Assembly: GCF_009914755.1 (NCBI RefSeq)
Contig: NC_060942.1
Direction: 5' to 3' (one strand)
Length of the DNA stretch: 64,000 bases
Source: the human T2T-CHM13v2.0 reference genome, Homo sapiens
Each line of letters opens with the position of its first letter. Position 1 is the first letter of the stretch. The translations under genes and the position numbers were made by a program. Positions 26,025 through 42,583 of the stretch are shown here, one piece after another. The notes under the pieces were generated by a model, which saw only the letters and a program-made list of their open reading frames with translations, had not been told where the DNA came from and made no database searches.

Positions 26025-28359
26025 GTGGAGATGGTGGGAGTGGGGGAAATGGGAAAATCTAACCAGACACAATGTAAACCAAATTAGTTATTACAACAGA
26101 AAACCATAGAGTGGCAGACAAGAGATTCCCAAGTCCATCTCACTCATTTTATAGCTAATAAAATTGTGAATTTGGAAATTTAAGTGACTTGTCTTAGTTT
26201 GGAATTTGAGTAAGTTAAATTTTGGTCTGAAATACTTTCCATTAAACACACTGTCTTTTGTTTTTTAATAGTGTGTAACTTCTTGGATAGTTACCATGGA
26301 TGATTATAATAATGTGTGGTCACTATGTCAAAATTTCTATAATTTCTTTAAAGAAATTCTTTGAGAAGTTTAGATCACCACACAACTTTAAATATTAACA
26401 CTATTAGTTATTTATACTTTCTTTTTCCCTTTTATATTTAACATACCTCAAGAACAACAAAAATAGTTCTTAAAGCTTTAGCATTATGATCGTAGTGTCT
26501 ACAGAAATAATAAACAGAAAATGTATCTAGAATTAGATTTTGGCTTTAGGATATGTTTGTAAATAAGACACATTTTTTAAACTGTATATATGTTTTTACA
26601 ACATTCAAATCATCTTGCAATGGAAGTATGAATTTTATTACATCACAAATGAATACTATGTGAATGCAAAATTGGATGCTGTTTAATCTTAGACAGTCTG
26701 GTTTTTAGAATAATTATGTGACTGAAATTGCATGAATAATGATAATTTGTTTGGTAGTGGATCGATATTTTTTTTTGAAAGTGAATCCATCATTTTCTTT
26801 AACACGCCTGATCCTTGGATCCTTGGGCATAAATTTTCGGTACAGCACATGGGGATTTAGCTATGTGAGTCCCATTAGTGTGAATTGGAGTTTTGCAGCT
26901 AGATCCATGAGCTGAGCAGTTGCTTTTTAATGTTATTTTAATATTTAATGGTTATTGCAGGGCTGTCAAGCTGGGACTATTTCAATGAGAGAGATTTCCA
27001 GAACTTATGAGAGAGATTTTAAACATCTATTCAGAGGATATTGCAATATCCTTTATTAGAAGAGGAAAATTCTTTAGAGAGAAACCTCCCAATTCAAAAG
27101 AGAGTTTCTCTTTAATTGTGGCAAATTTGAGAATGAGATAATACATTTCTTATTTTTATTAGAATTATCCAAAGGATTTATTAAATTGCTTTCATCAGGT
27201 AACTTAGACATTAATTTTGTGAAGTTTTAGTATTAGATAGAGTGAGCAATAAAGGGGTTTTTATTTTTGTGTTTGTTAATGGTCATTGTTTTCATCATTA
27301 ATTTTATATAAATTTTTTAGTTAATTGGTACTCTTGGTTTTTCTTAAAATTCTGTAGGCAGAATTTTCACAGATCATTGTATTTGAAGAGACCTCCACGA
27401 AGAATCAGCAGTTTTTACTGCAAGGTAGATTATTTAATAATTTCAGAGAAGGGTCTCATTATAAGGGACACAAGGCTGCCTTCCTCTCACTGGGCATCTC
27501 CCTAAATGCCTGGTGGCCCTCAGGAAGTCAGTGCATGTTCAAGTGTTCTGGAAGAGTAGGAACATCTGGGCTTCAGTCCTTAAAACATATCACATATTAT
27601 TTTGATCAGTTTTAATAAACATGAATTCTTATGTCTGAGCTAGCCCAAGAAATCAGTCAAAGTCACCAGGGAGAAGTTGTGGAAAGACCCAGATTAAAAA
27701 AAAAAAAAAAAAGAATAGCCATATGTATCCATCGCTTATCCCTTTTTTCTCCTGAAGCTCAAACTTTCCTTCTCTTCTTTGACTCCACTTGTCAACCTGT
27801 GCAAGTTTCTACATTCTGAAAACAAACCAACCCTTTCTCCAGGCAGCTCTCCCTCTAGCTATGTTCTTACATCCTTCGTTTCATTTACTACCCAACTCCT
27901 TGAGATAGCCATCTAAAAAGCACTTTGTCCCTATGTCAGGTATAGTAGGTATTAATCGTACCATTTTGGCATTTATCTTTTTAAGTACCTCTCTGCAACA
28001 TGCCACAAACTCTTCAGTGTCAAATGCCTGACCCTTCCTCATCCTAGTACCAGTCCTCACTCAATAATGTCTTGGAATGACTCCTATAAAAATAGCCGAC
28101 TTTTTTTTGGTACAAAGTACTACAGATTGTTTCTAGAAATTATGACCATAGAGATAAATATTTTCATAAAAATCATGGCTTTCTATATTCAAAGTCTGGT
28201 ATTTTAGAGAATAAAGAATTGTTTTTTGAAAGTTGAGGAATTTTCATAATAGTTTGGAGTATCAATTATTAAAAATCTTATACAAATATTTCATAATCCA
28301 TATACAGTTATACAAATGTTAATCTTTATTAATGTTATTGTTGCTGCTCAAGCTACAAC

Positions 28360-28655
28360 TTTTTTTTTTTTTTTTGAGATGGGAACTTGCTTTGTCGCCC
28401 AGGCTGGAGTGCAGTGGCCTGATCTCGGCTCACTGCAACCTCTGCCTCCTGGGTTCAAGTGATCCTCCTGCCTCAGCCTCCTGAGTAGCTGGGACTACAG
28501 GCGCACACCACCATGCCCAGCTAATTTTTGTATGTTTAGTAGAGACGGGGTTTCACCATATTGGCCAGGATGGTCTCGATTTCCTGACCTTGTGGTCCAC
28601 CCGCCTTGGCCTCCCAAAGTGCTGGGATTGCAAGCGTGAGCCACTGTGCCCAGCC
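28360..28655 (-). mobile_element. AluS (Sc-like)
   Basis: Antisense Alu; TSD aagctacaact at 28350-28360 and 28656-28666. Confidence 0.96.
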
Positions 28656-30361
28656 AAGCTACAACTCTTAAAAGTACCACTGTTAAAAGTATTGCCATAA
28701 AACTGTTTTTAAAAGAAAGTTGTCCCACCGATGAGAGAATTTTAGTCCCAGCAATGTAAGTTTATTTTACCTCCCAAAGAATGTATTTTCTGATATATTT
28801 TTGTAAATATTTTTGTTGATGATATGAAGTCTTTTGTTTTGCTATCATTGTTTTTGCAGTAAAATTCAACAGTTTTCCTTGACCTCTACATTCCTATGAT
28901 TTTTAAAAAATAGAAGAAAGGAAGTATTTTTTATTTCTTTCCTTTGATATATCCATCCAAATACGATTTCTCGTTCCACCTTCATAAGATGTGTTCTTTT
29001 CACTGAATGTAATCCTGGAGATAAACTCAGATTCAGGCAAGTGGACTGGCAGCCTTCCATAGTGGACTACTTTATGACAGAGAATAGTATTTCCGTCCCT
29101 TTCCTATTAATTTCTATCAAAAGCCTGCTTTACTTTCTTGTTTCCCAGTGGAACTATTTCTATTTGATTTCAATTAAAAATGAAATGTCAGCATTTCAGG
29201 ATGTGTTGTACTATTTTATGGTGCACACTATTCCAACTCATTAGGGAGAAGGCAGCATATTTGGAGGAAGCCCAGTTGGGATGGAAAAATAGATGTCTGT
29301 TTCACATTTTCATTAGAAATAGAAATCAAAATGTATTTTATCACAACCACTACTTAAAGGAAGAATCTGGGCAATCGGTTTTCCAATTCCCATATATTCA
29401 CTATCTTGAACTTACCTGGAGGTTTCCTTTATTAGATCATATTTTCCATATTCCCCAGCTAAATTTATCTAGAAACAATCTCGCCTTCATTTCTTGTCTG
29501 TGAATACTATATCCTGTTGAAAAAAAGTTCCTAGAGGTTGGTGAAGTAGTTAGAGCTGTTAAAAAGTTGAGGACATCACAGGTGGAATTTTATATATGTT
29601 TGGTGTTCCAGGAGCAAACTTCCATGCTTCAATTTTTGACAATCTGAGACTTGACATATAAAAATTCAAACGTGTATGAAACTTCAGGAAAGTTAGCATC
29701 ACTCTGTTTCTTCTTTCTCAAAGAAATGGGCATATGTAGGTAGTTATGGAAATGCTTTGGTAGTGATGACAGCTTGACCAGGAGTGTAAAAGGTACGATA
29801 ACAGGATCACTTCTAAAAATTTCAACAAGATATCTCTAATATTTCCTGAAGTACCAGCATCCATCTGGAAAATGAAATGTCTTTCCACTTAAAGGCAAAT
29901 AATATAATTTTTCCAGTTTTCTTTTTTGTAAGAGGAAAATGATAAAGGAATGTGCTTTCTGACTGTATCATATTTGACAGTACAGAGCACATAAACTGGG
30001 AGAAGCACAAATTGTGTAGGCAAATTTCACAGAAAATTAAAATCACTAAACACTGAAATAATCGGGCACCAGCTTCTGTATATGGACAAAAGCTTGAACA
30101 AAAAATATACTGACCCTTTCTTTGGTGCCAATGTTCAGCTAATCGATGTGATTACAGTGTGAAGGCTTGAGGTGCTGGGTGAATGGTTAATGTTGCTGTT
30201 CAACTTTTGCAGCCCTGCCTCAAATTGAGTCAGAGATTTTTTGCTCAAAATGAGTGGTTCTAATTTGGTAACTCCAATGGCTCCCTTTTCACAGTTACTT
30301 GCTGAGTGTACTGCTGCTGAAGGCTGTGTGTTCATTCTATGAACATGTCCAGAAGAATGTT

Positions 30362-31243
<882 letters not shown>

Positions 31244-33464
31244 TCATTTCAAGGCTGACAACTACCTGGCTTCAGGACTTGGTGGTGATAGTGACCTTGA
31301 CTTCCTCTCTTGCCCCGTATATTCAGAAGGAACACTAGCAAAACTTCTCTAGGAACTGGATGACATTAAGAAGGAAGGCTGAACTCTCATGTGTACATAT
31401 GGGAATTTGAGAGAGGCACTGCTTTCCTGGCATCTGGTTTGGCCACTAACATCACAATGATGCATCTTCCAATGAAAATCCTGCTGTTCTTATTTCTGTG
31501 TTCAAATTTCAGGCTGAATTTGACAGAATTTAATTCTTTTTAAAAAAACTTTTTAAAAAGTTTTTTAATTGATGTACCACTTAATCTTTTTAATAATCTT
31601 TTTTTCACTAATATAGAGTTAACTTATTTTTAAATGTTGTGTTTAGTGGGCCTCCTGTCTTTCATTATACACAGAAAAGCCTTGGAAAAAAATTAAAATA
31701 CCAGATAATGTCCATTAGTGATGGTCATTGGAAAACACATTCTGTAGGCATGATGTTATATAAAATAAGTATGATCATGCCCTAGGTTGATGTGCAAAAT
31801 ATTTTTCTAGGCCAGAATTAACCAAAACTTCACACCCTTGAAGGAAGCTTTAAAATATTTCGATCAATTTCTACAAAAGAACCATTATTTTGTATGTCTT
31901 TGTTTTGCAAAAACACTCATCTGGTTTAAGATAGCAATTTGTATGCATTTGAGGCTGACAAACGGACATCACTAGTTCTATGAAAAGAGTGCATATGTAG
32001 TAAAATGCCAGACTAGACAGAAACAAGGAATAATCCTCTAGAAAAATAGACATAAGTCGACAGACTTCAAAAGAATTGAGAACACAATTGTTGCTAAATA
32101 TTTCTTTATACATTTATAAATAAGTAGTAAATAATTTCATAAATGCACAAAGTTCCCATGTAATAAATATTGTATGCAATGCAAAATTCACAATCTTATA
32201 TTTTACATAACAATCTTATAAAAAATAATATTTTGTGTGTGTGATACTTTCTTATTTCAATGTGAAAAAAACTTTCATGATTCTACAAATGTCTGGAAAA
32301 TTCATGACAAGGCCTGTTGATATATTTGGTATGCTGACAAGAAGTCCTAAGATCACTATCAATTGAGACACTCCTACTGTCAAGTGGAAATGTAAAATTC
32401 ATACCAATATTTATAGCTCTCTGGCAAAGCATTGGCTATTATGCCTCCTGGATATACCAAATTAAAATATCTGGATGGTGATGACGAATGAAAGTTAACT
32501 AAATTTAGGGAGGTCTGCAGTGTAAATCATGCTCCAACAAGCCTAAAAACCTGGTGGCAAAGATCATAAACATAATACCAGGAGATGTTTGACAGCCTCT
32601 TCCTGAAAGTAAGGTATAAGATACTATGGGGCTTGGGTGCTAAAATACAACAAACTTATTTCATAAAAATGGCAAAGATAAGAAGATTGCTGAAACTCAG
32701 AACCCGGGTGAGTGAACGCCTGTGTGCAGCTGCTATAAAACTGGATGATTCTAACAGTTGGACAAGGTTGTGGAGCTATAGTATTGTGCTTGAAGCCAGC
32801 GTAGAAACTACAAAGCTGTTCTTCGTAGAAGTACAGAAGAGACCAACAAAGGCACAGGAGTGAAATCTATCTAAAAACTTTTATGTAAAATCACTCTCTT
32901 AAACTAAAGTCTTGAACCATGCACAATTGAAATGTAAGACAGACATCACTATTCTGGTTGCTATAATCTTGGACCACGGGGCTTTTGTAAAACAAATGAT
33001 TTCTAAGTGCTTAAGGTCAAAGTGGAAAAAAAAAGGCATTTTATCAAACTTATTCAAAGGGAGAAAGATCCTCCAAGGTGAATGTCATGCCCTTGGCTCA
33101 TGTATCATTCGTAGGGAATTCTTTGGGGCCTTTCTAAGATTTCACTGTATGTTTACCTCATCTGTGTAATTTAAACCATTTTGAGCACCATCTGAAGACA
33201 TTTGTGTCTTCAGCTAAAGTAAAGCAAAGGTTTGTTTTTTAAAAATTACTATATCATTAATTTAAAATATAAAGGGCTGAAAATAATGAACTAACATCTC
33301 TGAAATTTTATATAGAATAATAATGTGTTAGATAATTATAACATTTAATTACTTGAGAAGAGCGTGCTTTCAAAGTTGTATACTACTTAGGGGCATTATT
33401 GAATTCACAAAATTTTACTACATTAACTATAATGGCACTAAGTTCTTAATCATTATCATGAAAA

Positions 33465-34660
<1,196 letters not shown>

Positions 34661-35132
34661 AAATGACTAAGCTGGTGAAAGGAATCACTTCTATCTGCTG
34701 CAAATACATAGACACACTTAAAATATATAGCTGAGCTGGAAAGCAAAAGGGAAATTGACACATGTCAAAAACAAAGCCATTGTTGCAAGTTGAAGATTCA
34801 GTCTATTGAGTTCTGAGAGTAGGTGAGTGCCTTAGGAATGATGTTTAATGCCTGTCTTGGTAGTGGAATTCATCCTGGTAGCAGCAGTTATTTCGATTTG
34901 CAGTTGTTCCAAAACTTGCATAACCAACCTCGTTGCATCCCTCAGAAACACTAGTACCAACAGGCCAGCAGACTCTGCTCAAAGGTATTAATTCCAATTC
35001 TGCAGGGCCCTTCCTCCAAGTTTCTAAATGTTAGTAATTCTAATCTCATCCTTTTAGTCCCTTAACCCTAGTGGGGTAGCATCCTTCTGCAGTTCCTTCC
35101 ATGCCTCAATGCCCTCTTTTTGCCCTGATTAA

Positions 35133-35457
<325 letters not shown>

Positions 35458-35839
35458 AACAGTTCTTTAGGTTAATTTTTGTCTACTAACATAACTGGTG
35501 TGTCTGACTGGACCCTAACTGTTATACAGGGAATAGAGACAAGAATCAAAAGGCAATATTCAGGGAGACGATGGAGTTTTTTGAGAGTTGAAGAGCTATA
35601 TGTCTTCAGATTGTAAAGATCACACCAAGTCTTAGGTAGGATGAATAAAAGCAAACCCAGGTTTAGGCTCAAGGTTATTCAGAAAACATCAAAGGCTATC
35701 AGAAGGAAAGATAGATTACCTTCAAAGAATGATGCTCTTACAGAAGACTTCTCATGATCAGCAGATGCCAGAGACAATGAAAGAGCATCTCTATAGTACT
35801 GCTGGAGGGTAACATCCTGATTTAAAAACTACATATTAG

Positions 35840-36145
35840 TTAATTTGGCTGAAATTGATAATGGATTGAATATAGGGTGTGAAGGACAAAGAAGTATCAC
35901 AGAAGGCCAGAGTTGTAGTTTATGGATTAAGCTCATTATGCCATTAACTGGGATAGGGAATATTGGAGGAAGATCCTGTCTGAGGGAAAGAGACCAAAGT
36001 CTCACACATGTTGGGTTTTAGATGCCTTTGAGATCTCTAGGAACAGATGTGGAATAGGTAGTTATATATGAAGGTATGAGGTCATAGGAGAGGTCCAGGC
36101 TGTGGTTGTATATTTGAGTCTTTGGTCAGTGGATGGTAAATGAAG
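35840..36145 (-). mobile_element. L2 fragment
   Basis: atgccattaactgggatagggaatattggagga; ggagaggtccaggctgtgg. Confidence 0.65.
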
Positions 36146-36154
36146 GTTTTCTTA

Positions 36155-36712
36155 TGTATTAGTTATCAATTGCTGTATAAGAAATTAACCTGAAGCTTAG
36201 TGGCTTAAAACAACATTAAGTATTTATTATCCTCACAGTTTCTATGGGTTGGGTATTTGGAATGTGGCTTAGCCAGATAGTTCTGGCTTACGGTCTGTTC
36301 TGAGGTTTGAGCCAAGATGTGGACTGGGCCTGCAAGTCAGCAAGTTCCTCTAAAGGATTGACCAAGCCTGCAGTATCAGCTTCTAAGGTGGCTCCCACAT
36401 GCCTGGCAAGTTGGTGCTGGCTGTTGGCAGGAGGCCTCAGCTTCTCTCCATGTGGGACTCGCCACAGTCTGCTTGAGTGTCTTTATGATATGGGGGTTGG
36501 CTTCTTCCAGAATTAGTGATCTAAAAAGAGCAAAGTGGAAGCCACAGTGCCCTTTATGACCTAGTTTAAGAAGTCACACACTGACACCTCTGCCATGTCC
36601 TATTTGTTGCAAGCAAGTCACGAATTCCAGCCTATATTCAAGGGGATGGGGGCTCCACCTTTTGAAGTTAGTTTTGTTGGAGGATTTGTGGACATATTTT
36701 AAACCCAGAATA
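36155..36712 (-). mobile_element. MLT1 (F/G-like) LTR
   Basis: tgtattagttatcaattgctgtataag; cttagtggcttaaaacaaca; cttttatgacctag-type segment; agtcacaca. Confidence 0.82.
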
Positions 36713-36756
36713 CCTGGGGAGATACTATAGCATGAGTAAAGAAAGAGAGGCTAGAG

Positions 36757-36943
36757 CAGGGGTGGGCAAACTTTTTCTGTAAAGGGCCAGATAGCAAATT
36801 TTTTAAGCATTGCAGGCCATATGGTCTCTGTCACAATAATTCACCTTTGCTGTTGTAGCATACTTAATGACAATACTTAAATGAATAGGTATGTCTCGGT
36901 TAAGCCCAAAGTAGGTCTGTGGGCTATAGTTTGTCAACCCTTG
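36757..36943. mobile_element. MER58A (hAT-Charlie)
   Basis: TIRs caggggtgggcaaact / agtttgtcaacccttg; ttctgtaaagggccagatag. Confidence 0.9.
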
Positions 36944-37013
36944 ATATAGAGCATAGCCAGGAGAAACAGCTGTATACAAAGGCTAAAAACCAAACCAAAA
37001 CAAAAAAGGCACA

Positions 37014-37014
<1 letters not shown>

Positions 37015-37046
<32 letters not shown>

Positions 37047-37048
37047 CG
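37015..37048. repeat. (AAC)n microsatellite
   Basis: About 11 AAC units. Confidence 0.97.
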
Positions 37049-37099
37049 AAGTCCAGGTGCAGCAGGGAAGTTTAGGATCTAACAAAAAACATAATACTA

Positions 37100-37421
<322 letters not shown>

Positions 37422-37529
37422 CTAGAATTTATATGAAACAGTTCTATTAGCTATTAATGTCTCTGTTTTATTCACCTTTTTTCTTTTACTAATTTATAAT
37501 ATTTTACATATTTGTTTCTGTTTTTTTAG

Positions 37530-37632
37530 TTGTGAAAACTGAGGCTCATGTTGTTTTAGAAACTTATCCAAGTTAGAAGTAGCAGGGAATTTAAAACCAA
37601 ATCTGTCTGATTCAAAGTTTATGTTCTTTCCA
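37530..37632 (-). mobile_element. MIR fragment
   Basis: gaaaactgaggctca...ccaaatctgtctgattcaaag. Confidence 0.6.
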
Positions 37633-38346
37633 TTTCAAAAAGAAAAAACATCCCATCTAGTGTGGAGGAATAGGTGCAAGCATGGTCAGAAAGATAGTTT
37701 GGGCCATACTGAAGGGCATTGGATGCCACGGGCTTTGTACTTTGGTGATGGGTTTTGAGCAATAAGTTGTGAGTCACATGATTGCAATTTTATCCTATAT
37801 TAAACTGACAATGGTGTATTTATGACCTTGTGGTAGGGAGTAACAAAGTGAGGGATATTGAGCAAGAGGCTGATTCAATAATCTAGACAGGAAATTGTTA
37901 GGATCTGAACTTGAAAGATGTTAATTACGTAGAAGTGATATTGCACAGAAAAGTCCAACTGAACACTGGAAATAGACTGTTGAAGGAAGAACCAAAAATG
38001 ATCCTGAAAATGGCAGCTAGATTGATAAAGGAAGTCGTAAGGGGGTGCTGTTTTATGCAGAAATTATGAGTTCCTTTTTAGATATATTGAATTTGAGATG
38101 CCAGCATGACATCCAAATGGAGGTGTATTAGAGAAAAAACACATGAGAGTGGTTAGGGCTGGAGATGTGGTTTTATAAATGTACATGCTGGCAGAGTTCT
38201 TGGAGAGAAGGAGGAACCATGGATTATGAATACTGAGAAGCAGCCAACTTTAGAATGTTGATGGGAAAGGAGACAGAGGAGCAGTGCAAAAGATTAGACA
38301 AGAGTCAACGCCTTGTACAGTCTCAGCAAGAATCTCAAGAAGGCAG

Positions 38347-38664
38347 GGCCATGCGTGGTGGCTCATGCCTGTAATCCCAGCACTTTGGGAGGCCGAGATG
38401 GACAGATCACTTGAAGTCAGGAATTCGAGGCCAGCCCAACCAACATGGCAAAACCCTGTCTCTACTAAAAATACAGAAGTTAGCCGGGCATTGTGGTGCA
38501 TGCCTGTAATCTCAGCTACTTGGGAGGCTGAGGCATGAGAATTGCTAGAACCCGGGAGGCAGAGGCTGCAGTGAGCCAAGAATGTGCCATTGCACTCCAG
38601 CCTGTGAGACAGAGTGAGGCCCTGTCTCAAAAAAAAAAAAAGAAAAGAAAAAGAAAAAAAGAAA
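38347..38664 (+). mobile_element. AluS
   Basis: Full Alu; TSD aagaatctcaaga / aagactctcaaga. Confidence 0.95.
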
Positions 38665-38852
38665 AGACTCTCAAGAGGGCAGGCCAAGTGCTGTGGAGAT
38701 GTCAGGGAGAGAGGTTAGAGAGCTAGAAACTACTGTTATGTTTGGCCATGGTGGCCATGGGAGATCATTTTTGGTTTCAGTTTCTACTAAGATGCTAAAG
38801 TAGCCCAAATGCTGGTTCCTACCTCCAAGGGCCTCCTGGAGAAGCTCGAGTA

Positions 38853-39630
38853 GCAGTTCTCAACCCAAGTGCATGTTACAATGTCCTGAGAAGTTTTAAA
38901 AAATGATGGCTGGCTTTCAACTGCACCCTCCATCTTTGAGTAATTTGTCAAAATGATGAAGATGAAGGGAAAGAGGAGAGGCACCTGTGGTATTTTCTCC
39001 AGCCTTTTAGAAAACATGGTGTTGTTCCTTTGGCCGCATAAGTGCCAATCTACAAGAAAGGTGATACTGTAGACATCAAGAGAATGGGCACTGTTCGAAA
39101 AGGAATGCTGCACAAGTGTTACCATGGCAAAGCTGGAAGAGTCTACTGTGTAACCCAGCATGCTGTTGGCATTGTTGTAAACAAACAAGATAAGAGAAAG
39201 ATTCTTGCCAAGAGAATTAATGTACATATTGAGCATATTAAGCACTCTAAGAGCTGAGATAGCATCCTGAAATGGTAGGAGGAAAATGATCAGAAAAAGA
39301 AGGAAGCCGAAGAGAAAGGGATCTAGGTTCAACCGAAAAACCAGCCTGCTCTGCCCAGAGAAGCACATTTTCTGAGACCCAAAGAAAAGGAGCTCGAGCT
39401 GCTAGAATCTATTCCCCATGAATTCATGGCATGATAGGCATAAACTAAATAAATAAAGACCTTGGGATGGTTAAAAAAAAAAAAGAAAGAAAGAAAGAAA
39501 AAAGAGAAAAAACGATGTCTCAGTCTCATCCTAAGAACTTCTAAATTAATTGGTCTAGGAGTGTGGCTTGGGCATTGAGATTTTAAAAAATCTCCCCAAG
39601 TAATTCTAATACACAGCCAAAATTGAGACT
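38853..39630. mobile_element. MER5-family hAT element split by the RPL21 retrocopy
   Basis: Left half cagttctcaacccaagtgcatgttacaatgtcctgag; right half aattaattggtctaggagtgtggcttgggca...ctccccaagtaattctaatacacagccaaaattgaga. Confidence 0.8.
38912..39506 (+). pseudogene. RPL21P: RPL21 (60S ribosomal protein eL21) processed pseudogene
   Basis: Intronless, with a 5'UTR remnant. ATG 38953 (KGKRRGT); [11 protein letters not shown]...HKCYHGK...[13 protein letters not shown]...[19 protein letters not shown]; ends EFMA* at 39434. A 1-bp deletion near 39002, premature stops at 39039 (TAA), 39255 (TGA) and further TAGs. AATAAA, poly(A) and TSD aaaaaatgatggct / aaaaaacgatgtct. Confidence 0.97.
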
Positions 39631-39707
39631 TATGGCCATAGAGGAAAAATACCAAATTATGGAGAAAATTGTGGGAAGTTCCTGGGGTAATAGTAGCTGT
39701 TTTGAAG

Positions 39708-39708
<1 letters not shown>

Positions 39709-39750
<42 letters not shown>
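39709..39750. repeat. (TG)n microsatellite
   Basis: About 21 TG units. Confidence 0.98.
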
Positions 39751-39751
<1 letters not shown>

Positions 39752-39949
39752 ACCTTAGGGGGAGACATATCTGAGACCAGGGGTGGTGCAGCACTTCTGT
39801 GGGAGGTTAACATAGGAAGGGAATTTAGGAATTTTGCTCTTACTTTTCCAAACATTGCTTTGGGACGAATAATACCCAACCTTCTACTTGCAATGACTCT
39901 GATGCTTCAAACATAAGAGCAGGGCAGCATAAAAGTCTTGATCCTGTGA

Positions 39950-40348
<399 letters not shown>

Positions 40349-41259
40349 GGAATGTCTCTTAATATGGTATCCCAAGAAGGGCAAACAGTAAAATCTTGAC
40401 GAGCTGTTCTGTGGAACGAGGAATGATTAACTTTGGTTTTCTGGGGCCTCCACCAGAAAACTTTCCACACTAAGTCTCATTCATCCCACCCCTACCCCCA
40501 TACTAAATACTCTGATGAGGGCTGAAATCCGGCTTCTCCCCACGTACACTGCCTGATGCCCTCGTGGGGAGATGAGTTCACAGTCCAAACTAATAGGTCT
40601 TATCAGGAGCACAACTATTTCAAAGGAAAAACAAACACTGGATTACATAGTTCATCAGAAGCAGCATTGTTAGAAAGACAAACGATTTAAAATTAGCCTA
40701 ATAAAAATTCTAAGACATAAGAAACTAGTAGTAATATGAAATAAGAATAAAAAATATACTCAAGCAGCTATATTAGGTAAAAAACATGATAGCTGAAATA
40801 AAACTGTAATGAGATAAATGGCAGAATGAATACAACTGAAAAATAAATTAGAATTGGAAGAAAGGATTGAGGAAAGAATGAAGGAAAGTACAAACAAATT
40901 ACAAATTTTTTTTAAAAAGCTATACAAAGGAAAGAAATAATGGTTATAAGTTCTGGCTAATAAGAGTCCAATAAAAGAAGTAATAATGAAAAGAAAACAT
41001 GGAAGGAATACATTTCCCACAATTTAAAATACAAGGAAGAAAGACTTCAAATTGAAAGAGCCCTTAGAATAACAGATAAAGAAAACCTACAAGGAAACAT
41101 ATTTCAATTGAATAGTTTTGAAGAAAAAGAGAGTTCTAAAAAAGCAGATTACATACAGAGGAACAGGATCAGATTGATATGATAGTTTTTGAAAAACAAT
41201 TTAAGAAATAGTGGTTTTTATTTTTGTTTTTTGTTTTTTTGTTTTCATTTTTGTTTTTT

Positions 41260-41420
41260 GCCGGGCATGGTGATGCATGCCTGTAGTCCTAGCTACTGAG
41301 AAGGTTGAGGTGGGTGGATCACTTGAACCCGGAGAGGTCCAAGCCACAGTGAGCCACTGGCCATAATAGTGCCCCTGCCCTTCAGCCGGGGTGATAGAGT
41401 GAGACCCTGTCTCAATTTAA
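41260..41420 (+). mobile_element. Alu monomer (FRAM/FAM-like)
   Basis: gccgggcatggtgatgcatgcctgtagtcctagctact...gagtgagaccctgtctc; single arm only. Confidence 0.88.
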
Positions 41421-41637
41421 AAAAAATAGTGGTAGTAAAAATATTTAAGAAAAATAATTTAGAACTTGGAATTTTGTATCTACCCAAACTGTCATTTAAA
41501 TATGAGGGCTAGATAAGAATATTCTCTCATACATAAGACCTCAGAAGGATCCCCACTCAAAGAGCATTATCAAAAAGAGTTTTAGATAAAGCACTTAAGG
41601 AAGTGAAGAGACAAATTCAGGAGAAGCTGCAATAAAT

Positions 41638-41876
41638 ATATGAAGTAAAAGTGATTTAATACTTTGGTAGCTTTTTATCACTGCTATTGTCTTTAAAGCA
41701 TTACTAAGAAGAAAATAAAATTGTATATCCATAATAATCTTAAAAAGTATGAAAATATGAAGTAAAAGTGATTTAATACTTTGGTGGCTTTTTGTTATCA
41801 CTGCTATTGTCTTTAAAGCATTACTAAGATAGAAGAAAATAAAATAGTGTATCCATAATAATCTTAAAATATGAAA
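41638..41876. repeat. Tandem duplication, 2 x ~117-122 bp
   Basis: atatgaagtaaaagtgatttaatactttgg...atccataataatcttaaaa starts at 41638 and again at 41755. Confidence 0.95.
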
Positions 41877-42008
41877 ATCTGGATAATGTCAACATAATGA
41901 GAGTTGAAGGGAAATGAAGTATATGAAAATGTCATATAAACACCCAAATACAAAAACAATCCAGAGAATGGATTAAGAAGACACATAGAAAATATGGGAA
42001 ATAAATTA

Positions 42009-42583
<575 letters not shown>

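Noticed and set aside
27035-27052. Perfect 18-bp palindrome aggatattgcaatatcct
   Set aside because: One 9-bp-arm palindrome is roughly what chance gives in 64 kb of AT-rich DNA.
30341-30350. p53 half-site GAACATGTCC
   Set aside because: There is no adjacent second half-site.
32733-32740. TATA-like ctataaaa near a CGG|GTGAGT donor
   Set aside because: The donor lies upstream of the TATA motif, which does not fit a first exon, and the motif is common.
39042-39257. 71-aa RPL21-like ORF as a functional CDS
   Set aside because: It is a GTG-started fragment between two premature stops of a retrocopy.
38787-39368. Longest ORF in the track (193 aa, minus)
   Set aside because: It is the antisense reading of the RPL21 pseudogene plus MER5 flank, with no independent protein signature.
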